DNA of 64,000 bases, taken from NCBI GenBank assembly GCA_040954595.2, contig CM082580.2:11484909-11548908 (forward strand), given 5' to 3'. The translations under genes and the position numbers were made by a program. The notes under the pieces are model-generated. The model worked only from the letters and a program-made list of their open reading frames with translations. It was not told where the DNA came from and did not search any database. Source of the DNA: Balanoglossus misakiensis (Eukaryota; Animalia; Hemichordata). This document shows, one piece after another, positions 39,107 to 49,397 of the stretch; positions within the stretch are counted from its first letter, which is position 1, and every line of letters begins with the position of its first letter.

Positions 39107-42100
39107 CTAAACTTGAGGATCCCAGACCATCGTAAACTTGTCGTCCGTGGTAACGAAGGTCAAATACGTTTTGCCGTTGCTATGGTACATTTCAAAGCCA
39201 GCGGGTTGGTCACCAGACGGATTCGGCACCTGCACTATTTCTGTTTCGCCTGGGATGTTAAATTTCGGTTTGATCATGAATATTTCGCGAGATAGGGGTG
39301 ACACTTGAAGACCTGAAAATACGGCGAATGGATATGAATCGATCTCGAATGATTTGACATCGGATCGGATGACTATGCTGGCGTCTGAACAGTCGGGAGA
39401 ACTCAACTGGTTGAAAGTTTGACTCGCACCGTCCCATTCATAGATACAAGGCGTTTGAAGCGACGTCGTTGACACTAAGTACTTCTTACAGTCGAACAAA
39501 TATGTCGTGACTTGAATTCCGTCGGCGTTGGTGTTTGCGACGGGCGAAAACTGAGCGGAGGTGGCCGTCTGAATGAATACTTTAGCTTCTGTGTCGCCCG
39601 CGAAGATGAGATACGTGTCCGAGTTCTCAGCGAACGACGCCGACTGCGGGGCTTGAACATCTAAGAACTCTTGGAACTGAGCAAACGAGTCGGCCTGCTC
39701 GTCCCACTGATACAGGACCGAGCTGTCGTCCTGTGACGACATCACTAAGAAGTGGCCGTGGAAAGACACAAAGTAGTGGAAATGGCGCTCTCTGACGTCT
39801 GTCGTCACTATGGTCTGAATCAGCTCGAACGCATCTGCGGCGCTGTTCACTCGATAGACCGACGAATGCACACTGTCGTCCGATATGTCGTGTATGGCGA
39901 TGGCCAGATATTGCTGATTGGCTATTTTGAACGCCTCCACGTGTTTGACCTGGGTCTCGGCTATGGTTTGAAATAACGTGTACGACGGAGGAGTTCCCGG
40001 CACGAAGCGGTGGATTCGGACGCCGTCGCCATCTCCGATCCGATCGTACGTCACGAGATAAGTGTCGGCACCGAGAGTGAACGACGTGATTTCGGTGTTG
40101 GCACCAGTTGTCATGGTCACGGGGAATGACGCGCCGACATCGGAGAAACTGCCAGACACATCAGCGCTGTTGGGGACACCTGTTGGAATGCATAGTGTTA
40201 TAGAAAATGCAAGCTGAAAACAGAGCCAAAGAATCACAGACTAAGAACAAGTGTGGTCTTTGCAGATACTTGACAAACTTCGATTTGTATTCTTATCTTT
40301 TGGGTTTTTTTTCACTGCTTCATGTTGATTGTGCTATGAGAAGAACAATTTATCACTGTCACGATTTTGTTTCTTTTATAAAACTAGAATTTCGAAACTT
40401 ACAAGTCTCACAAGAGGTCCCAGTAAATTGGTCGTCGCACTGACAGACACCATTGTCGAGACACTCTCCGCCATTTTGACAGCCAGTTGTTACGCATCCG
40501 GAAGCTGTCGAAAGTTCTCCCAAAAATGTAAATGAAACACAGTCAACTTTTGTGAACAACGAGTACATTGGCTAGGTGATATAATAAGACTGGTTTAAGC
40601 CGCAATAGCTGCCAATTTTAGCAAGCTATCTGATTTAAAAAAAAGAAAATGAGTAAGGGAAGTGCTTTTTGCAGTAATTCTCTAATACCTGTTTCACAGT
40701 TTGTCCCTGTGTAGCCGGCAGCACAATCACAGGTGTATTCCATGAATCCATCATTGCACGTTCCGCCATTCTCACAAGGCCCAGAGGCGCAGTCGTCAGC
40801 CTCTTGGTATGCAAATCACAAAGGATATCATAATTAGTGTCACACTCGTTAAAGGAATACAGTACAGCACAGCACAGTACAGTACAGTACAGTACAGAAA
40901 AGTATAGTATAGTGTAGTATCAGTATAGACTAATTACAATACCTGTAAATTGACATATGAACGGACTGGGTGTGTAGCAACTGGAATCGAGCCAATGTCC
41001 CAGACTTAGCACACTGTACATACGAAGAAAACATGAAAAGAATTTACGAGTTATTTGCTAGATACAGAAATTATGATGAGCTAGTTTAAACTAAAAGTTC
41101 TATCCTTTGTGACGTGTTATTGGTGAAGTTGTTGCATTTACTATAGTATGTCAAACTTGCGATGAAGAACATAGTTGATCATGTCGGAAAATGAACATTA
41201 ACTTACGTGAATACGGCACAGTTCGTGGAGGCGTCAACAGCTGGTCTATTATTGGTCCAGTCCTGGAAGCACACCGGGGAACCATCCTGGTAGACCCATT
41301 CCAATTCAGTCAGTTCGTCCCTGGCGCCGAAAAATGCGTTCTGCCCGAAAGTAAGAAACAGCGCGTAGAGAGCTTCGTTGACGGAGCTGCTGGGAATCTT
41401 GGCCAATTGACCGTCTTGGCCGCTGGCGGCGCAGATGGGCTCAGCTTCCACGAAAGTTTTGAATTCCCGGTGGATTTTGTAAATTCGACACGGCATTTTC
41501 AGCACTCCGTCAGCTGTACAAGTGTTAAAATTTTATTAGCGTTAGCTATAAGTTTTGTGTGTTGAATATTTCAGTAAATAGAATGGACACATCATATACA
41601 TATGTACAAGCATATTTCAAGTTGAAGAGATACTCACCATTTCGTCTTTGAACATTCCGTTTGTACAAGACGCTTCCCTGCAAAAAGTATTGCATAATAC
41701 AGTATAGTATAGAATAGTGTAGTGTAGTGTGGCCTTGCATAATACATGTATAATACACATGTACAAATTTCAAATTGAACATACAAGATTTACGTCTGAC
41801 TTTGGTAAACTATCTACTCTAAACCCGAGAGTGGTTGATAAACGAACACAATTGTCGTTGTACATACCCAATCTTTGATGCCCATGCATCCTGGACTCAA
41901 TTCCATCAGTAAAAACACGAGCAGTATTGCCCTTGTCGTCCTTTTTAGAAAACAATAAAAGTATATAGTTTTTTTTTATTCATCGTCACCCATCATCATC
42001 ATCATCATCATCATCGTAAAGGCCTGATAGACAGTCACAGTTGCACAGAGAATGCAAAGCAAAGCAAAGTAAAGACAAGAAAATGGAAGATAAGATGAAC

Positions 42101-42122
42101 ATAACACTTACTTGACGACCAT
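39107..42122 (-). CDS. Secreted protein C, paralog of B: signal peptide, C-type lectin-like domain, EGF, EGF, EAR/EPTP-repeat beta-propeller (~596 aa)
   Basis: Exons 42122-42112, 41940-41868 (MVVKTTRAILLVFLLMELSPGCMG), 41677-41638, 41513-41207 and 41013-40943 (CTL), 40802-40689 and 40504-40403 (EGFs), 40179-39107 (HVEAFKIANQQYLAIA...SSVLYQWDEQADSFAQFQEF). 1791 nt, in frame. Confidence 0.85.
40858..40925. repeat. (AGTAC/AGTAT)n pentanucleotide microsatellite in an intron of gene C
   Basis: acagtacagcacagcacagtacagtacagtacag...agtatagtatagtgtagtat; a similar run occurs at ~41698-41730. Confidence 0.8.
41991..42015. repeat. (CAT)n microsatellite
   Basis: About 8 CAT units in an intron of gene C. 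Confidence 0.85.
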
Positions 42123-42237
42123 TTTACTGCCTCAAACCAGCCAAGCAATGATTTTTGGGATCTATGCGATGCGAACTTCAAAACTCCAATGAAACCCCCA
42201 GAAAATGTTTGTTCAACAGTCCGACCAACGGACTCAC

Positions 42238-42282
42238 CTGAACACGACAGGATGCTCCAGAAGCTTTTATCAGCTTTTTATA
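42238..42282 (-). promoter_or_regulatory. TATA box and very short non-coding first exon of gene C
   Basis: TATAAAA on - at 42282-42276; strong donor CAG|GTGAGT at 42238/42237, ~40 nt downstream. Confidence 0.55.
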
Positions 42283-43066
42283 AACATGGACAATGTTCCA
42301 AAATAATAGAATTTCAATTCATCTTTCAAAGGAGATTTTCATCAGTTGGCTTTAGGTTAATTCATTTTAAGATTATCAGATAACGCGTCATTGATGTTAT
42401 TGTTTTCCGGAAGTGCTAGTGAGTTTAATCCCTGGAAAATGGAATAAAATGGTGATCACATCCACGCACCCATATGGTAACCGTGTCTATTTCAACAAAA
42501 GACCAGCAAACACTCTCCTAATCTTTATTGAAACACACCAAAATCCATGCAACAAACATGTCCCTGCAATTTCACTCGAGGCTTAAACAAGATCATGTAA
42601 TTACCTCGTTCAATTAACCTACGTCCATGCTCGTGCACACAATGGAGTACTTGCAAAGAATAATCAAAACTTTCAAAGATGACGCCAGAAAAATGAAAGA
42701 TTTGTCCGAGTCAAGGAGTTTTGGAGCATTTTTTTCGATGGCGAGATTAAGTCTTGTGGTGGGGCTATTAAGAGTGATGTACACATGAGTATCCAACCGT
42801 CCACCCACCTTCAAGCAAATGCAATTACAGCTTTCAATCATATATTCTCTCTTACTGTGACAAGCAAAGTGATTTATCATATTTCTCTGATGTAGACGTT
42901 TTGCAATAGTTTAGTATGAAGCAGTTTATTCTGTCGCTTTCACCCCTACACTATGAGCAGAATTGTAAGAACCTAAGGCTAAGTAGACTATAATGTGCAG
43001 TGGCCTAGAGTATGCTTTCAACTCTTGAGGTACATCTGAACCTTGGAAAACCACACATACAAATAC

Positions 43067-43734
43067 ACATTTGTTACAACCATTTCTTTATTATCAAGTC
43101 AAATTGTTTTGAACACATTTTAATGAAGAATATTTAATATACTTCTGGTAACATGAACAACAAGAACACAGAGAAGCCAATAACTTCATGAACATGAAAC
43201 TTTTTGAAAAAGTGGCCACAGTACAATTGGAAATGCCAATACATCCTTGGTGGGATAACTGACAGAATTTTATTCAAACTTTTGTTGAAACAATTATTCA
43301 AATTCTCATTATGAATTGATTCTTATCAAACTACCAGTACATCAATCACATTTCATTCATATTTCTAAAGAGTAAATTCCAACCATAGGAACCTAACTAA
43401 ACATTTGTTATAACAATTTCTTTATTACGTCAACAGTGTTTTGAACAAATTTTAGTGAAGAATTTTCAATACATTTCTGGTAACATGAACAACTAGAAAA
43501 CAGACAATTAAGACAAATACTCATGAACATTGAAACTTTTTTGAAAAGTGTCCGTAGTAAAATTAAAATTGCCAATACATTGAAGTTTTCCCATCCTTGC
43601 CAGGATGACTGACAGAAATTTATTCAAATTTTGTTGACAGATTCAAATTATGAGTTGATTCTTACCAAAATACCAGTACATCAATCATATTTCATTCATA
43701 TTCCTATGAGTAAAAGCAACCAAAGGAACCTAAC
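43067..43734. repeat. Diverged ~335-bp tandem duplication in the 3' region of the homeobox gene
   Basis: Copy 1 ~43067-43397, copy 2 ~43401-43734. Shared blocks ACATTTGTTA, TTTCTTTATT, TTCTGGTAACATGAACAAC, ACTGACAGAA, TACCAGTACATCAATCA and GGAACCTAAC occur in the same order. Confidence 0.9.
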
Positions 43735-43927
43735 CCGTATGGTCAGGTTGTTATACAAAAGTATACATCATGCAGGAAATGACACATTGCCATAGCAACA
43801 CACAGAAGAATAAACAATCAATTCAGAACAGTGTTATATCCATCAAGTACACTTTGGGCGTTCCTCATCACGTGTCAAACAGCGCCACCAAAGGTCACAT
43901 TCCCCATCAGCTTTCTTCTTCCTCACA

Positions 43928-46900
43928 CTATGGACAGTGTTCTGGAAGAGTTATCAGTATTCTGGCTGCTTCCAATGAGTCCATATCACAATTCTGTTTG
44001 CCTGTCTGAATATCATCAAGGTCACTTTGTCTGAAAATGTCAAATAAATTTAAATCCATTAACCAGTTCCACTGCAAGGACTTTTTTAAACACATAAGAT
44101 GTAGAACTATTATTGGAGAAATGTGCATACATTAATGTGTTTCTATTTTCTGCACATTGAGTTTCTATTGCACTTACCTGAAATTCAACTCTCTTGCTGA
44201 TCTGGGTTTTTCAGTTCTAAATCTTAATCCTTCTCTTCCCTCCAGGTCTGGTGCACAAGCGGACATCAGTTGTTGAAAAGATGTATTTTGGATGAAATTG
44301 TGTTCACCTAGTGACAAATTTGGCTGAAATTATTATTGGAATTTTAATTTCAAACAATGAGAATGATTTCACTAAATTTTCTCAGATGATGATGGCACAT
44401 GCATTTTCAGAAGTTTTAGAACCCTTCCTTGTCATAAGAGGAATAAATCCATAAAAATGTCACTTTGAAAGGACCTACCTGTGCTGGCTTGACACAGTGA
44501 ATCAGGAATCAAATTCAGTAAATCTTCTGGGGGCAATGCAGCAGGAGGGGGACTGGTGTATCCGGTTTCATGCATTCTTGCTCGCTCAGCGACAGACAAC
44601 GGTTGAGGCACCGGAACAAGTCCAGGAGAACCAGCCTCTTCTTCTATGTTAGTTAAAACCTTAGCTGAGAAAGCATGGGTTGATTTCTGAGAAGGTGTGG
44701 CAACTGCAGGTGGTGGCTGTGAAGTGGTGACTGTGGTTGTCTCGTGGGTGTAGGTGGAAGTTGGCATGTTGAAGGCTGGAGCCAGTGGAGAGATGGGTTG
44801 GTGATGGCCACTACTGGCACTAATTGGACGGAAATGGTATGGCACAGGTGCGCAGGAAGTGGGAATAACGGTTGGTTGATATGCCCAGTGGGATTGCAAG
44901 CTATGATAGACAAAGTATTCCTTCGGCATTCCCTGGTAAGAGGGACTTGGAACTTGTTGGACGCAGAGGCTTATCTGATTTGAATCATACAGCAACTTCT
45001 GTCCATTTACATTCTCTGCGGTAGATTTGCCAGCTTCTCTTGGCAGCAATGGAATAAACGCAGATTGGCGGCTCTCTCTGCAGGCTTGCATTGCTGTACT
45101 AGGAGTTTGGTATTGGCTTCTGTCAGCAAGTGACCCGCCGTTGATCTTTGTACCCAATGACGTGAAATTCTTGATCAGCGTATGCTTTCTCTCTGCACCG
45201 CTATAAGCTTGGATTCTGCTTACTGCTCCATGTCCTTTCTGCCCCATTGCTGTTTGCTTGCCTTTCAGGCTTTGTTTCTTCTTCACTCGTCTTCTCAGAT
45301 TTGCAAACCACGTCCTGATTTGCGTCATCGTCAGCCCGGTCCTCTTGGACAGCTGGGCCTTCTCTTCCGGGGTTGGGTATGGATGTTGACGGTGTTCTCC
45401 GTACCAACATTCAAGAACATCTCTTGCAGAGTCTGGAAGTGCATTGCCCCTACGCTGTCCAGATGGCAAAATACTTCTTGGCGGAGGGTACCTTCAAAAG
45501 AACAAAATCATGTCCCACATTGTTTAACAAAACAGTGGAATATTTAAAACTTGAGTTTCTCCCAAAAACCAATGATTTTTAGCTCACATGTTCACACACA
45601 TGGGAGCTAATGTTGTAGTGATTCCTGTGTGTCTGTCTGTGTTTACAAGACCGGCTGTACAGATTCAAATCAAATGTACCCTGCAGATTCAGGATGACGT
45701 ACAAGAACTGTGGAATTACCTTTGGCGAATTCTAAATCTTATCAAAGGAGTGAGGGGTTTCCTGTCACAAGCAAACTTCTGCAGATAGTGAGCATCGTCC
45801 CATACTGCAACAAGATCTTCACCATCATCATAGGGATAAGTCTACAACAAAATGCACCATAGAACACTGTTTAACAGTATGACTATTTCAATCATTGAAT
45901 CATATAATATACAATTTGCATAAAAAAAATTGATCCCTAGCGACTGTTTTCTCCCCCATAGCATGTTATGTCAAAACTCAGTCATTCTGAAAAGACAACC
46001 GTATATACTTTTCAGGCACCTGGGAAGAAATCATTAGGAAATGTCAATTCTGAACTACAATTTAACCACCTCTCATTTACAAAGAGCCAAGAGGACACGC
46101 TTTGCTTTGAATATACAGACACCTGCTGCACAAAAGACATGCCATACAAACTAACATAGCTTCAAATCAATCCACATCAATAAGCGCCATGATTAATTAA
46201 TGAGCCATCTTTTTTGGATGACTGTCTGTCTGCATTGTTATTGTGCCTTGTTACAAGTTATCTATTGTTTCTGTTCCATTGTTGCACTGTTGTCCTGGAA
46301 AGTTATTGAAATGCATTATTTAGAAACATTGTATCCAAATCTTAAAGCAGGCTGAAGAACAGCATTTTCATCCACCACCTGTGAACAACCTGGTTTTGTC
46401 AAGAAAATAATAATAATAATAGCATGCATCCCAGCATGCAGTTTACTTTGATCAACAAGTGGATTTATGTGAGACAACAGAACAACCAGACACAACCCAA
46501 ATGCAGCTGTCAAACTGACAAGACAAAAAACATGCAAAACATTGTTATAGTTTGCATAATTTATGAGTCTGGATGATCAGACTGGTATAAGTCACTAGAT
46601 TAGTCTGGATTTAAAATTGTCATACATTGTTAATGGATGTGCATAGGCAGGAATTACATGTATAAGTCTTTGAAGGAGATAAAATGTATTTTCTCTTCAA
46701 GGTGACACAGGCTCTACACTAACATTTTTTTGGCATTGTCTTTTTAGATACATGTACTTAAGTAACTGGTATCTGTGACATGTCCATTCAGTTGCATTTG
46801 CCTTCTGTTTGGCTAATGACACTTTCACAAGAAAATTAAATATTGAGAAAGTTTTGAAAAATTCATGTAGGTATTCAGTACATAGGGTCAGTTGAGTGCA

Positions 46901-47209
46901 AAGCATTACAATGCTTTGTCCAGCTCCTCTTAGTCATCAGAAACAACAGTTGTCACAATAGACCATTTTCATGCAAATTAATTTGATTAAAATAAAATTA
47001 AACTATAAATTGTATAAACTTATTACGCGTGTTTTATTGGAAAGAAGGAATGTTAATATAAGTGAAACTGATATGGACTTTGGTGTATGTATTGTACCAA
47101 AATACTAATTGCACTTGTATTGCCTTACCTCTAAAAGTTCACACACCTTCGTGTAGTCTTCCTTTCCCATGGCTAATTTGATTAGTGACCTGATTTCTTC
47201 TGAGCTCAT
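43928..47209 (-). CDS. ANHX: ANHX-like homeobox protein: SIX-type domain + TALE-type homeodomain (Ala50) + P/S/T-rich tail (~482 aa; N-terminus may extend further)
   Basis: Exons 47209-47129 (MSSEEIRSLIKLAMGKEDYTKVCELLE), 45841-45720 (DLVAVWDDAHYLQKFACDRKPLTPLIRFRIRQR), 45491-44479 (YPPPRSILPSGQRRGNALPDSARDVLECWYGEHRQHPYPTPEEKAQLSKRTGLTMTQIRTWFANLRRRVKK...), 44307-44178, 44030-43928. 1449 nt, in frame. Orthology to ANHX is inferred from motif recall. Confidence 0.75.
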
Positions 47210-47499
47210 TCTAATTAGCAAACATCGTCAAAGAATAAGCTTATGTGTAAAACACAGAAACGAGAGTGGGTCCTAGTAAAATTTGCGATGAAGCTGATAA
47301 GGAATGAACTGGCCTTAATTCGCGACGTTGCGAACCGTCCCTTCCTTTCAAAAGATCGACGTTCCTAACATCAAAGTTGCTTTAAGTTTAGGACCGACTT
47401 CCGTCAACTATTTTTTCAAGGAAGGAGTTGTAATAAAACGACTTTACTGCAAAAAATATCGGAAATTCAAATAGAAATCTGACAATGAATAAAGAAAAG

Positions 47500-47575
47500 T
47501 GACGAACTGCGCGCAGGCGGTACATTTCAACGCGCGCAACATTTTGTCGTCTGGTCCAATTTCGCGCCAACTCAT
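47500..47575. promoter_or_regulatory. Probable promoter of the ANHX-like gene (CpG cluster, NRF1-like and E2F-like motifs)
   Basis: TGCGCGCA at ~47508-47515, TTTCGCGCCAA at ~47560-47570, CCAAT at ~47556. Confidence 0.45.
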
Positions 47576-49397
47576 GCAACAACTTGGATGAAGTGGTCTG
47601 AAATCTGTCCATGCGATGAAAATATTTGAATCAAAAACAATTTCTGTTCTTGAATGTGTTTATGACCGTGTCAGGTGAATGTTTGGTAAAAATTATAATC
47701 TCGATACAGAATGAAAGGCGCGAAAAAAGGCTACAGTCATAACCTGATATTGATAATTGTATTTTGCCACGAGTCAACTTCGTTCTTTTAACTATAGGCC
47801 TACTTGCAGTTAGCCAAAAAATAACCGTAAACCATAATGATATAGTTAATTCTTATGTCGACATTAAGAAAATATGGTGCAAAACATTTGATTCTTCAGA
47901 GGTATTCGTATTTTGTCCTAATTTGATGATGATTTAAAACGCTTGATGAAGCCTATGAAAATAGATGGATTTGATGAAGAAGATCCTCCTCCCACTTGCT
48001 CAGTCCTATTAGAAGTGGAAATGACGAAAAGAATGGTTTTCAATTTACCTTGAAACTGGTGCTCCCGGCATAGCATACGATCCGAAAATCTGGATTATTG
48101 CAAGTGAACGCCTCGAAAGTTATGGAACAAAGTGTGGGTTTTTTTCCCGGGTAGGCCTGGTCATTCATTCCAAAGAAGGCGCCGGTACGCATTAATATTA
48201 TTTTCATGATTAGCCAATCATCACTACAGCCTCGAAGATTATGTCTGTTTCAGAATGGCAGATAAATTCTGATTGGTACGTATCCACGCGCCAGAAACAC
48301 TGGCGTCAAAACGTCTAGACATTTTTTTTCCGCCTGAGCCCTGAGTTTGAGAAAGTTTGTTTCATTTTTGAAAGTTACATATATTGGGAATAAGCGTGTA
48401 TGCTAATTTAGTTTAATCTCTTCTCTTCAGCGTGACCTGGCTTATTGGGACTAGATTTTATGAAGCAGTTTAATAGTACTGTGATAAACTTCAAATTCAG
48501 GTATAAAGAAGATACAAGAAAGAAAGAAAAAACTTTTTTAGAACAATCGGACGCGGATATCGACAATAAGCGCGCCCTCTTGCAGAAACTATGCATGGTA
48601 TGTAACAAATGTCAAGGCAATCTTGTGTGACGTTCTTGACCATGACCCAATTTGACATTAAAGTTATCATCAACTCGCCACTTCTGCTTGACACAAAGTA
48701 AGATGATGTTCACGTAAGGTATTGTAAATAAAGTTAAAGAAGTATCACGAGTAACAGTGAGAGTGAAACAGACAGAGCACGTTTCTCATCTCACAATTGT
48801 AATCTAGCCTACTATGCGTCATGGTTTTTAAAAAAAATTATGTATGTAGCGTGACTATGCTATTGCTTTTTTCACCAAGACTTCTAAGAAAAGAAGCGAT
48901 GTGTTTACGACTTCATGTTGTGATGGGCTCCCAATGTTGGGATAATTGAAAGTCAGGTAAGGGGCTCCTGCTCCTCAGTTGGCAAACAACAGCGGAAAAG
49001 ATGATATAGTCCACACATAAACTATAGCATGGACTCATGATAAACTTCGATTTTCAGAGGCGCACTCCACTCGCAGGGTTCTCTTTAATCCACAATCTAT
49101 ACGACGGCATTCATGCATAATGACAAGCTTTTGTACTTGGTATGTGCTTGTTCTTTGCTTTCGCCTTTTGCCGAGCACCGGCTAATAAATTAAGTACTGT
49201 TCACGTGATCACCAGTTACAAGCTGTTCTCTTACGCCTGTGTTAATCACAACGGTTGGCTATGTAGGATACATTATCCTCACGATTTGTACAGTTTTTCT
49301 CTCTTAGTTCAAACCTTCAATTTTAGTGTAGTGGCTAAGACCTAGTCAAAACTACTGCTAAACCAGTAGTATTTCCAGTTATTTGATTCAACAATAA

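Noticed and set aside
34012-39976. Overlapping + strand and alternate-frame ORFs over the EPTP and EGF exons
   Set aside because: Shadow ORFs expected in GC-rich coding sequence.
44432-45469. Calling the 345-aa ORF a single-exon Irx/TGIF/Mkx gene
   Set aside because: Its start codon is TTG inside an exon. In-frame upstream exons encode a SIX-type domain and downstream exons extend the C-terminus; no IRO box is visible.
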